Shown: piece after piece, positions 1 to 10,323 of the stretch
How the letters are laid out: each line of letters opens with the position of its first letter
Position numbering within the stretch: the stretch's first letter is position 1
Origin: Octopus bimaculoides
Lineage: Eukaryota
Reading direction: 5' to 3'
Length of the DNA: 34,437 nt
NCBI RefSeq assembly: GCF_001194135.2
Contig: NC_068981.1
Span: 101,229,104-101,263,540 of the forward strand
Translations under genes and position numbers: made by a program
Notes under the pieces: generated by a model
The model's database searches: none
Told to the model about the DNA's origin: nothing
The model's input: only the letters and a program-made list of their open reading frames with translations

Positions 1-345
1 GTATGGTATGTTGCGTTTTGTATGGGGTGGATGGCACGATTTAAAGTTCAAGTATTGGTGTGTGTCTGTGTGTTTGTAATATATATCTGTGGTAATGGCG
101 GTGTTCTTTTTAATTACCATTATATCTAGAAATGGTAATTTGCTACTGTTCATCTCCTTTGTGAATTGGATGGATGGGTGTAGGTTGTTCAGGAGGGTGT
201 TAAATTCTTCCACAATGCTTTGAGGTTTGGTCCAGATTATGAAGCAATCGTCCAGGTATCTCTTCCATGCTTTTTCTATAAGCTTCCTAAATTCGGTGTT
301 ATATCTCTCCTCTATTTCCTGGTAGAGTTTTTTGCGTGTTCCAAG
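1..345 (-). mobile_element. Penelope-like element reverse transcriptase fragment (YLDD motif and thumb), runs off the left window edge
   Basis: My minus-strand translation is stop-free to base 1: YLGTRKKLYQEIEERYNTEFRKLIEKAWKRYLDDCFIIWTKPQSIVEEFNTLLNNLHPSIQFTKEMNSSKLPFLDIMVIKKNTAITTDIYYKHTDTHQYLNFKSCHPPHTKRNIPY. YLDD is at 247-258. The LHPSIQFT, LPFLD and YLxFxSxHP motifs are typical of PLE RTs. Absent from the ORF track. Confidence 0.85.
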
Positions 346-384
346 ATATGTATATGTGCATTGAATGTTTATAAACTGTGTTTA

Positions 385-797
385 TTACTCTGTTACTCTT
401 TTACTCGTTACAGTCATTTGACTGCGGCCATGCTGGAGCACACCTTTAGTCGAGCAAATCGCCCCCAGGACTTATTCTTTGTAAGCCTAGTACTTATTCT
501 GTCGGTCTCTTTTGCCGAACCACTAAGTTACGGGGACGTAAACACACCAGCATCGGTTGTCAAGCGATGTTGGGGGGTAGGGGTGGACAAACAGACACAA
601 AAACATATACACACACATATATAAACATATATACGACGGACTTCTTTCAGTTTCCGTCTACCAAATCCACTCACAAGGCTTTGGTCGGCCCGAGGCTATA
701 GTAGAAGACACTTGCTCAAGGTGCCACGCAGTGGCAATGAACCCAGAACCGTGTGGTTGGTAAAGCAAGCTACTTACCACACAGCCATTCCTGCGCC
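385..797 (-). mobile_element. tRNA-headed SINE, family C (CORE-like), full length
   Basis: Minus strand: GGCGCAGGAA, A box TGGCTGTGTGG, B-box-like GGGTTCATTGCC, CORE-like CCTTGAGCAAGTGTCTT, internal TA/TG microsatellite, (GAGTAA)n-like tail. Homologous to 17345-17582, 33067-33325 and 33950-34245. Confidence 0.9.
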
Positions 798-799
798 TA

Positions 800-1460
800 T
801 ATTAAAATACATTTCATTTTCAAACATTAGTGGAATCTGTAGAGACAATTCAATCTTTTATGAATGCCTGTTTTCAATCTGGTGACCGTTCTGGTCCAGG
901 CAGGCCCTTACATTACTATAGTTTATGGTCGTGTGTGTGCACCACATCTTGCTGGAAATATAACTGCACATCTTCAAAATCTCCTTAAATACTTGTCATG
1001 ACACATTGTTGCAATAAGTTGAAGTAAATATGACCAGCGATAGTACCATCGAAAAAGTATAGTCAAATTAATCTGCACTATATTGTAACACCTGGTAAAT
1101 TAACATGATGTTTCTCTGTAATATGCGAATTCTCAGTAGGTGCAATTGTGACGGTTAATTGAGCCATTTAACTTAGATGCAGCCTCATTCACTACAAACA
1201 ATCTTTGTTGAGATGTGTGCATCTTCTACACACTTTGCCAAGTACCACTCGCAAAACTCCTCCCTTCGGTACAAATCATCTTGTTGACGGTATGGAACGT
1301 AAGTTTTCCAATGACTGCGCTAACTCATGACGCGCTTGCTGCACAGATTTTCTTGAGTTCTGGCTGTATGTTTCTTGTACTCTTTCTTGCTTTGCGAGGC
1401 TTGTTCATGCCTGCAGTCTTCCAGAACGTTTATTGTGGACATTCTGAACATTTCCATTTG
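800..1460 (-). mobile_element. Decayed Tc1/mariner-superfamily transposase, rosa/DD41D-like motifs
   Basis: Pieced together across frameshifts and stops on the minus strand: GNVQNVHNKRSGR...RKSVQQA...HWKTYVP...RREEFCEWYL...KIVCS-EAASKLNGSINRHNC...NLPGVTI*C...YFFDGT...YFQQD (946-960)...ERSPD. The segment between the 2nd and 3rd catalytic residues is partly deleted, so the spacing cannot be measured. Confidence 0.7.
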
Positions 1461-1929
1461 TTTCAGATTTATTTCAAATTTAATTCTAATTCTAATAATA
1501 ATAATCAGCGAAGTTTGGGGTATATGCAGCTATCAACTTTTCAACCAATAATTCTCAACACTAAAACATGGGGCGGAATTCTGGCTTTGCCATCCACTGT
1601 GGACCCTCATAACAAATTCCAGTAATCGTAAGTTGCGAAGATGATCCTGTTTGATACTGACTATCTTTGAACTTTGTGTTTTCAAATTTCCTTCTAGGAA
1701 AAAACTTCCTTTGTTTAACGTTGAATCTGACTCTCTTCATTGTTTCTTTTGGATTAAATCTAAAAAGAAATGGAAACTGAGTTATCAGCCGTTAAAGTGT
1801 GTAAACATTTTGGAAGGACACTATATATATATTTATATATATGTATACGTGTGCGCACGCGCGTGTGTGTGGCATGCCACTTCAGAACACGAGCATAACC
1901 AGCATAACAGTTCTCTCTCTCTCACCCTC

Positions 1930-1933
<4 letters not shown>

Positions 1934-1975
<42 letters not shown>
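1934..1975. repeat. (TC)n microsatellite
   Basis: Direct reading. Confidence 0.95.
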
Positions 1976-1979
<4 letters not shown>

Positions 1980-2056
1980 GTCTTTGCTGATCACAAAAGA
2001 ACAGAATGGAAAAAATATAACATAATATAATAAAATAATGTGGTGTAGAATATATT

Positions 2057-2263
2057 CTTTTCTACTTTAGGCACAAGGCCCAAAAGTTTAGGGGAGAGGC
2101 ATTAGATCGACCCTAGTACGCAACTGGTACTTAATTTATCGACCCGAAAGGATGAAAGGCAATGTCTACCTCGGTGGAATTTGAACTCAGAACGTAAAGA
2201 GAGACGAAATACTGCTAAGCATTTTGCCCGGCGTGATAACGTTTCTGCCAGCTCGCCAACTTA
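2057..2263 (-). mobile_element. tRNA-headed SINE, family B, with 16-bp TSD
   Basis: Minus strand: GGCGAGCTGGCAGAAACGTT...GAGTTCAAATTCC (B box)...GCCTTTCATCCTTTCGGGTCGATAAATTAAGTACCAG. Flanked by TGGTGTAGAATATATT at 2041-2056 and 2264-2279. Confidence 0.9.
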
Positions 2264-2364
2264 TGGTGTAGAATATATTGATCAAGAGAACACCTCCATA
2301 ATCATTTCTAATTAGCATTTTAACGACTACTGTTTTTCCAGTCAGGTAGCATCTGTATAAAATA

Positions 2365-2675
2365 ATCAATTAATAGCTATTGTTTTAACAATAGTTATTC
2401 AGTGGCTATCTTATAGTATAGAAGTCATTTAATAGCTAATAATACCAAAGCCATTTAACAGCTATTAATTAATACAACAATCATTTAACGGCTTTTTAAT
2501 ACAATAGTCATTTAATACAATAGTCATTTAATACAATAGTCATTTAATACAATAGTCATTTAATACAATAGTCATTTAATACAACAGACATTTAATGGCT
2601 ATTAATACAATAGCCATTTAACGGCTATTAATTAATACATAGCCTTTTAATACAATAGTCATTTAATGGCTATTG
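2365..2675. repeat. AT-rich 16-bp minisatellite (TTTAATACAATAGTCA)n with degenerate flanks
   Basis: Five perfect units at 2495-2574, with variant units on both sides. Confidence 0.9.
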
Positions 2676-3124
2676 ATTTTCATTCATATGACATCTCTAA
2701 ATAATTCATCCCGTAAAATAGGCTTAAGTTTCACGACTTCTCATTTACAAATATTGTATATAAAACTAAGTGACTTTGTCATATATTACTTCATCAAGCA
2801 CAGTGAATTATATGCTTCGCTGAGGAAGCGTAATACGATATCCGGAGGTGTCTTGCGTAACAAGATATTTAAAATATTATTACTTATTGACTAATATTTC
2901 TTTCACTTACAGCATAATTACTTCTAGTTCGATACTTTTTATGCTCACTACACATATTATGTTAATACTAACTTACCTATCGTTCTTTCTATGAAGCAGA
3001 TGATGGCTGGGTAATAATAAAGTATAGGGTAGCATATTGTAAGATTTTACATCTTTAGTATGGGATAGAACAAGCTAGTACAGTGCATCTATACACGAAT
3101 ATCACTCCTTTCGCTCTTTATCTC

Positions 3125-3126
<2 letters not shown>

Positions 3127-3186
<60 letters not shown>

Positions 3187-3207
3187 CACACACACACACA
3201 CACACAC
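3127..3207. repeat. Compound (CT)n(CA)n microsatellite
   Basis: Direct reading. Confidence 0.95.
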
Positions 3208-3236
3208 TCGTTTGGTTGATCTTCCGTCATTCTCAA

Positions 3237-3310
3237 AAACGAACATTCAGTTGATCAACCGCCTTGATTCCTTCTCGTGAAATTAACGTGTAGTCGGCTG
3301 AATATTCCTC
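3237..3310 (-). mobile_element. Diverged fragment of the family A SINE 3' module
   Basis: CAGTTGATC...CTCGTGAAATTAACGTG...GGCTGA resembles 11357-11415. Confidence 0.45.
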
Positions 3311-4035
3311 GGATCTAGTCTTTCTCATTTGCAAAATGAGCCCCAATTAATTTTGCTCAGATTGCTTTCAATTTTGGTTTATCAACCAATTACTTTATCT
3401 CGTAAATTAAAGAATCCGATGTTATTTGGGATTAAAGTTAGGAAATTTGGGTAATTTTAGCCAATCAACAGACAGTGTGGCATTAGCAGCTTGTTACCAT
3501 GACAGCTGCACATTGTGTTGTGGTTCACTGTTGTCTATGTTGATTTTTCACACTTGTTTCTTCACACTACGAGATTCTTTCATCCGAGTGTCTTGTTTCT
3601 GTGTGTTAGAATATTACGTATTATTCTGTGCTTTTCCTGCTTGTCAGTATTTTTACATATTTTGCATTTCATATGTTTTTGGGTCTCATTGACTCAGATA
3701 GCTAGATTTATGATTTCACTAGGTTAATTTTGTTCATAAAAATTTAAATTAGGAGTATTTCTTAAACCGTTAGCTACACATTTCAACAGCTTAACTGAAA
3801 GTTAACGCATGTTACAGGAACTGAGAAGGATATCGTGGAACAGATAAAATGTAGGTGATATAGATAATTTGACGTATTTTTTTTTAATTCTGCGTGCAAA
3901 AACATAAGATACGGGTATTCTTTTCCTTGGGACAAATTCTTTGATGACCAGTGTTATTCTTATCATAGTTTACAAATCCAAGCATGAAAACATTACTCAA
4001 CTTTGGAGTTTTGGAGACATACGCCCCTTCACCCA

Positions 4036-4067
<32 letters not shown>

Positions 4068-4278
4068 TGAATGCATAAATGTACATATAAACTTATATAT
4101 GAATACATACATCTACATGCACTTATATATTAATGATGTACATAAATACATGACAGCTATACATGATACTAAAATACGCATAAAGTAAACACATGCAGAC
4201 ATATATTAATATAACAAATTTTAAAAAATAATAAAAACATACAATCAATGAAGAGGCAAGAAAGACAGTAAGATGATA

Positions 4279-4626
4279 NNNNNNNNNNNNNNNNNNNNNN
4301 NNNNNNNNNNNNNNNNNNNNNNNNNNNNNNNNNNNNNNNNNNNNNNNNNNNNNNNNNNNNNNNNNNNNNNNNNNNNNNNNNNNNNNNNNNNNNNNNNNNN
4401 NNNNNNNNNNNNNNNNNNNNNNNNNNNNNNNNNNNNNNNNNNNNNNNNNNNNNNNNNNNNNNNNNNNNNNNNNNNNNNNNNNNNNNNNNNNNNNNNNNNN
4501 NNNNNNNNNNNNNNNNNNNNNNNNNNNNNNNNNNNNNNNNNNNNNNNNNNNNNNNNNNNNNNNNNNNNNNNNNNNNNNNNNNNNNNNNNNNNNNNNNNNN
4601 NNNNNNNNNNNNNNNNNNNNNNNNNN
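4279..4626. other. Assembly gap (N run)
   Basis: 348 N, about 1 kb upstream of the Snail exon. Confidence 1.
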
Positions 4627-5209
4627 GATACATGTTGATTTTATTAAGTATTTCTGTTTATATAGGAAACCTACAATGAACAGGTCAAACGCTAAACTAT
4701 AAATTTCACAGGGTACAACCTTAAAGTTGACACCGTTCCGCTAAACGCAGAAATTCCTGTCTCGCTATTGGCTAAAAATACACAGTTTTTTTCGATTTTT
4801 AAACCTCTGTAACATTTTTCTCCAATTTTTTTCTCCACGGCATCATACATTCAAAGCAAGGAGACCGGAAGGCTACATTATTATGGCCGATTTTCAGATT
4901 TTTTACTTTATTTTAAAAAATGCATATTTTGCGAATGAAAAAAAAATAGATCCTATTCCTCTAACACAAGCACCCGCAACACGATTCTGAAATCAAATCA
5001 GCAATTCTGGCTATCATCAGCTTGTTCGTGTCTTTGGTAGCGGTTGTCTGTATTTCCAGTCTTTTGTCTTTCGTAATTGCTCCTTTTGTTCCTTTATTTT
5101 CAAAAATATTTCGAATTTCTCATATGCATAGATGCCTAAATGTTCACTACATTGAACATTCCTAATACCAATGTTTAATATCTACCTATTTATCTATATA
5201 TCTATCTTT

Positions 5210-5510
5210 ATATATATGTGTGAGTGTGTGTTTGTGTGTGTATCTATGTATGTATGTGTGTATGTATGTACGTTTATGTATATGTGTGCGTGTGTACGTA
5301 TATGTGTATGTGTGTCTGTGTGTGCGTACGTATGTGTGTGTATCAAATAGATATTAAATAGTAAAAGCACGAAAAAAAATCACGCAGTTATTTATTCATA
5401 TATATGTATGCATACATGCATGCATAGATACATACATACATACCCACACACACTCACATACATACATACATACATACATACATACATACATACATACATA
5501 CATACATACA

Positions 5511-5541
<31 letters not shown>

Positions 5542-5545
5542 GTGG
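5210..5545. repeat. Compound TG/TATG and long (TACA)n microsatellites
   Basis: Direct reading; ends about 70 bp before the splice acceptor. Confidence 0.9.
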
Positions 5546-5596
5546 TTATATGCAACCTTACATACATGAATATTGTCTATTTTTAATAAATAATTA

Positions 5597-5613
5597 ATTT
5601 TTCTCTTTTCCAG
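5597..5613 (+). other. Probable 3' splice acceptor of the Snail coding exon
   Basis: ATTTTTCTCTTTTCCAG, with AG at 5612-5613, 17 nt before the ATG. The in-frame extension (x)AT-CAA-ATT-AAA-GCA-GAA-ATG has no stop, consistent with a phase-1 intron. Confidence 0.7.
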
Positions 5614-5630
5614 ATCAAATTAAAGCAGAA

Positions 5631-6863
5631 ATGTCTGTTGTACGACCAATTCCAAAACTGACACAGAATCAATCTCCATACATTGACCATGTTCGTAAGT
5701 TCCCAATTGCTCATTTACACCGGGACCAAACTATGTATCAGCATCATGAGTTGCCATCTAGTGCCTTAGCAGCCGCAGCGTTGGCAGTGTCGAACAAAAT
5801 TCAAGCCGAGCTACCGATCACAAGAGAGAGTGCCTTTCGACCAATACCACAGAAGAAACCGTCCTCATCAATCCCAACATTATATTTGAGCGATTGCCAG
5901 ACCTGCATTCCAAAAGCCACACATATCAGCGAACTGCACCGAATACCCCACTACCTGGATAGACTTTTAATACATTCGTACGAGCCATTTTTCGCTTCCC
6001 CTTACTCAAAGAATGGTTTTCTGACAACTATGGACCAAACACGCTCGTGTTTCACCTATGGACTTGCCGAGCAATGTTTCTCGGCTTTTAATCCACATTT
6101 TGGACAGTTCGAAAAATCAAATTTGAAAGACAATCTTTGTAAATTAAATCTAACGAATTCCAACTCAACTATATTTTCTCAATCTCCACACCAATTGCCT
6201 CCTTTTGAAAAGAACAAGTCTTCATCCTCACTATCAGCAGCGGCAGCTGCCCTACATTCTACACCTTACACACACTGGCAAGACAGTAGTATTCTTTCTT
6301 TTTTCAACTTACCAACAAACCCCATCTTGGAAGTGAATACAAGCTCAACATCGATTGCAACACCGTCCCCAAGTAAATCGCTTTCAACTTCAATTGGAAA
6401 AGATTATCGACAGCCTATGAACCACCCGCCCCGCTACCAATGCGAGGCTTGTAAAAAAAGTTATGCCACCTTCGGTGGTCTATCAAAGCACAAACAATTC
6501 CATTGCATATCTCAAGTGAAGCGGGAATTTAGTTGTAAGTTCTGCTGTAAGTCGTACGCTTCGCTCGGGGCTTTAAAAATGCATATTCGCACACACACAC
6601 TTCCTTGCCGATGCAAATTGTGTGGTAAGGCTTTCAGCCGCCCCTGGCTTTTACAAGGACACATTCGCACACACACTGGAGAGAAACCATTTAAATGTCC
6701 TCACTGTGGGAGGGCATTTGCAGACCGCTCTAACCTACGTGCACATTTACAAACACATTCTGACGTTAAAAAATATGGATGCAAATCATGCAATAAAACT
6801 TTCTCCAGAATGTCACTTCTTTTAAAGCATGAAGACAGTAGCTGCCCAGGTTTACGGAGTTAG
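5631..6863 (+). CDS. snail: Snail-family C2H2 zinc-finger transcription factor (Snail/Slug/Escargot type, 5 fingers); probably the main or terminal coding exon
   Basis: 410-aa ORF. Fingers at 6435-6845: [117 protein letters not shown]. The last finger (TFSRMSLL) is Snail-type rather than Scratch-type. The exact paralog is not resolved. Confidence 0.95.
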   Translation: MSVVRPIPKLTQNQSPYIDHVRKFPIAHLHRDQTMYQHHELPSSALAAAALAVSNKIQAELPITRESAFRPIPQKKPSSSIPTLYLSDCQTCIPKATHISELHRIPHYLDRLLIHSYEPFFASPYSKNGFLTTMDQTRSCFTYGLAEQCFSAFNPHFGQFEKSNLKDNLCKLNLTNSNSTIFSQSPHQLPPFEKNKSSSSLSAAAAALHSTPYTHWQDSSILSFFNLPTNPILEVNTSSTSIATPSPSKSLSTSIGKDYRQPMNHPPRYQCEACKKSYATFGGLSKHKQFHCISQVKREFSCKFCCKSYASLGALKMHIRTHTLPCRCKLCGKAFSRPWLLQGHIRTHTGEKPFKCPHCGRAFADRSNLRAHLQTHSDVKKYGCKSCNKTFSRMSLLLKHEDSSCPGLRS

Positions 6864-7992
6864 CTATTAAAACAATAATACAAGCTCGAAATACTCAGAA
6901 TATTTCAGAAGTAACTAATTTTTGCACACTCTTAGAAAATCTGGCATTTAATTCATTGTTAGAGCTTCACAGAAGATAATTTTTTTCCAGTCATCCATGT
7001 TTTATGTAACTTGACGAGAGTAAAATTGTGAGGAGTCGGACATTATACTCAATATTATGATTTTTAAATGATTCTAAGCCTTTGTTTTACTGTTATATGT
7101 GATAATTATCAGTGGGTGGAACGGGCTGGCAAAGGTCGTGTCACGGCCCATCTTCCTCTGACTATCCTATAACAAGGAATTAAGGCCTCAGCAGAAGTCA
7201 TTTGTAAAGTGTCAGCAATTGGAATCTTATTTATCTCCAAGCTGCCTGACACAGACTTATCTCCGTCACACCCAATGCCAACCAATGTAATATAATCGGA
7301 AATAGGTTTACCTTCATACTGTCATACCATCAGTAACAGATTTAACTTTATGCCGTCAGAAACTATTGTACTGGCATTAAGTAACAGATCAACAATAATG
7401 CCGTGGAGCACAAATTTGCTGTCACACTACGAGATACGGGTCTGCTTCCATACTATAGAACACAAATATACTGTAATTTTATTGATGACGGGTCTATTAC
7501 TAAACGCTGTTGATCACAAATCTACACTTTGCTAAACTTTCAATGTAATATTTTCATGCCCCACGTCAAAACACATACATAAACACAGACGCCTCCTATG
7601 GTGTACGAACATACTATATATCGGCTGACGACCTTGTATAACTTTTATACTGTGGTTTCATTTTATATTTTAATATCATATTCCATATTTTCACTTGCTT
7701 TTACGATGTATTCCACGAAGTATTCTTTTCTTCTTTTTTTTTTCTTTTTGCGAGAGGACTTATTATCATTGTCTTCCACTAAACTACTATGTAACCCTAT
7801 TTTTCACGTATAAAACATGCCTAAATGCTGTCATACTTTTACAGTACTGTCTTGTACTAGTCTCTTGTAAATTCTACGCTCCATTTCTTTATTTTGCGAA
7901 GTTTGTGATAAATAAGTGAAACAGAAGCATCAAGTGCTTCAGTAACTGAACAGAAACTCACGATTCTTCTGTCACAAAGAGCTTAGAAGAAA

Positions 7993-8155
7993 GCTTCAAT
8001 GTGACCGATCGATGGGCTTCAAATAGCAACCAAATGTTACTCAAATCTCTCACTCAAAGACGGAATGACCACGGTTATAATGCCTTTGCTCAAATGGTTT
8101 GCTCAATCAGGGCTAACCTGACCAAAGGTAAACAATAAACAACAGCAGCAACAAT
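7993..8155 (+). mobile_element. Family D repeat (SINE-like body, (CAA)n-type tail), diverged
   Basis: AAATAGCAACCAAAT...AAAGACGGAATGA...AATGCCTTTG...TGCTCAATCAGGGCTAACCTG...AAACAA is shared with 8434-8640, 10858-11220 and 30225-30804. Confidence 0.6.
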
Positions 8156-8372
8156 AATCTTCTTACAGCATAGCCGACACTCGACTATTGTGACTTTTTT
8201 TATGAACAAGAAAATAGAGAAAACATGGCTACTGATTGTAGCTTCTTGTACTTTAGTAACACTTCAAAGAAGTTATTGTATGAACAAAAATAGTTGAATA
8301 CCGGACTAAATGCTTCGTCATATTTACTTACGATCTTTTTTGTAATTTCAAATCCCCGAAGTATTCACTGCT

Positions 8373-8424
<52 letters not shown>

Positions 8425-8433
8425 TCGTCATCG
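8373..8433. repeat. (GTC)17 CpG-rich trinucleotide repeat; forms the tail of the adjacent minus-strand family D copy
   Basis: Perfect GTC run at 8373-8423, then ATC/GTC/GTT variants. Confidence 0.95.
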
Positions 8434-8640
8434 TTGTTTGGCTACAGATCGGCTCCCACTGAGCAGACCTATAATCAAAAGCATTCCATTAACGATCATT
8501 CTGTCTTTCTCTCAGGAATTGCGTATCTAGTAACACGTTATCCAACACACCGCCACTTTTTTTTCCCCAAGATGATATGGTTTAACTTGTGAAAGATATA
8601 GCTGCTGTTTCTTGCAAGTAGAAGGATCCCGTAAAGGATT
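8434..8640 (-). mobile_element. Family D repeat, diverged
   Basis: Reverse complement reads CCTTTACGGGATCC...GAAACAGCAGCTATATC...AAAGACAGAATGATC...GGAATGCTTTTGATTATAGGTCTGCTCA...GCCAAACAA. Confidence 0.65.
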
Positions 8641-8931
8641 CCTGGTTGTCGCGAAATTAAAATTGTATATTTATGAGGCGAAATTTGTATTGATTGTTAT
8701 TAAATTCTTCGTACTGAAAGCATCGTTACCTTGTGACCTTTAATATTTCATAAACATGCGTACATACCTATAGAGTAGAAATGACGGGATGTATAAGGTT
8801 CTATTCAATCGACACAGAATAGGTGTGCATATTCTACGTGGAGTAAGTTCGCCTGGTTGTCAAAACTAGAGAAATCTATATTTTAATTATGATTCTTCAT
8901 AAAGAAGTCATTATTACAGGTTTTGTTTTAA

Positions 8932-9126
8932 GGCGGTGAGCTGGCAGAATCGTTAGCGCTCCGGACAAATGCCTAACGATATTTCTCCCGATTCTATGCT
9001 GAAATTCCTCTGAAATCGATTTCGCCAATCGATAGAATAAGTTCCAGTCGAGCATTATGGTTGATGTAATCGTTAAGCCCCTCCCCTTGAAATTGCTGGT
9101 TTTGTGCCAAAGTTGGAAAGAATTAT
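8932..9126 (+). mobile_element. Family B SINE, diverged and internally deleted
   Basis: GGCGGTGAGCTGGCAGAATCGTTAGCG head and TGTGCCAAAGTTGGAAAGAATT tail. Confidence 0.75.
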
Positions 9127-9620
9127 CACAAGCTTTGTTCTTTAGAAGTCACAGGCTTAACTGCATCTCTTGTGACTGGGTAATCACCTCGCAGCACCTC
9201 ATATCGCAACCACTATCTGCTTCAGAAATTCGTTTGAAATCCCTTTTTACAACAATTTTGCCGCTTGGTTGCATTTTGAAACTCATATACATCACGGTAT
9301 CACACACCAGTCTCATCCTCAGTCTTTTTATTCATAAATTTTCGAAATTATGCCCTATCACAAAAGAAACCGATTTTAACTAGCATAAACAATATTTGTA
9401 TATATGTAAAGTACGTCTAGATAAATGCATCTATGGATGCCTATTTGTGCATACATGTATAAATGTATGCGTATTAGTATGTGTAGCACGCGTGTCTATC
9501 AGAGACATTAAACCTTTCAAAATATACATTCGTGTTCCCAGTTATTACTAAAAATAACATATTCTGGTTATACTTTTTCAAATGAGATCTCAACACAGAA
9601 GGTAAACTACAATCTTACAG

Positions 9621-9977
9621 AGGGTTCCTGTTGATCCGATCAACAGAACAACCTGTTCGTGAAATTAACGTGCAAGTGGCTGAGCACTCCACAGACACGT
9701 GTACCCTTAACGTAGTTCTTGGGGATATTCAGCGTGACACAGTGTGACAAGGCTGACCCTTTGAATTACAGGCACAACAAAAACTCAGGAAGTAAGAGTG
9801 GGAGAAAGTTGTGGTGAAAGAGTACAGCAATGTTCGCCACCATCGCCTGCCGGAGCCTCGTGGAGCTTTTAGGTGTCTTCACTCAATAAACACTCACAAC
9901 GCCCGGTCTGGGAAGCGAAACCGTGATCCTATGACCGCGAGTCCGCTGCCCTAACCACTGGGCCATTGCGCCTCCAC
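9621..9977 (-). mobile_element. tRNA-headed SINE, family A, lacking the 3' terminal ~30 nt
   Basis: Close reverse-complement match to 24689-25083 (GTGGAGGCGCAATGGCCCAGTGGTTAGGGCAGCGG head). Confidence 0.9.
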
Positions 9978-10250
9978 GATAAACTACTACGCGTGGGACA
10001 ATATAACTCTCTGTACTTACAACATTTATCGCGCCAAAGTTCCAAAGGCTTATAGAACAAGACTAAATAAATGTTCATGCACGAAAATTATTCACGTAAC
10101 CGCTAAAATTTTCGTTGCGTCTGGCAAACTTTTCAGTAGTTATTGACTCTGTCCGTTATCCAAGCTGCGTTCTTTTTCTTTGTTTGTGCGCATGTGTGTG
10201 GGTCATTGTGTGTCCGCATACACATGTATGTATGTATGCATGCATGTATG

Positions 10251-10281
<31 letters not shown>

Positions 10282-10323
10282 GTGTGTGTATGTGTGTGCG
10301 CGTATGTATATATATGCATGTGT

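Noticed and set aside
220-624. 134-aa plus ORF
   Set aside because: Antisense to the PLE RT and running through a family C SINE; no independent protein features.
863-900. ATG-CCT start as a candidate SNAG exon (also ATG-CC at ~1407 and ~1874)
   Set aside because: The translations (MPVFNLV, MPAVFQN, MPLQNTS) do not match MPRSFLVK, and two lie in the transposase relic.
1089-1094. Snail-type E-boxes (CACCTG/CAGGTG) as autoregulatory sites; also near 14096, 14418, 15073 and 24162
   Set aside because: Few, scattered and mostly inside repeats; no enrichment.
1215-1625. 136-aa plus ORF
   Set aside because: Antisense shadow of the decayed transposase at 800-1460.
4985-5025. CTGATGA on the minus strand followed by an AGC/GCT stem
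   Set aside because: GATT replaces GAAA and there is no stem I partner; too degenerate to call a hammerhead.
6622-6825. 67-aa ORF overlapping the zinc fingers
   Set aside because: Alternative frame of the Snail CDS with a non-ATG start; no support.
8294-8530. Poly-Arg ORF resembling a protamine or basic peptide
   Set aside because: The Arg run is the (CGT)n SINE tail; the flanks are family D sequence.
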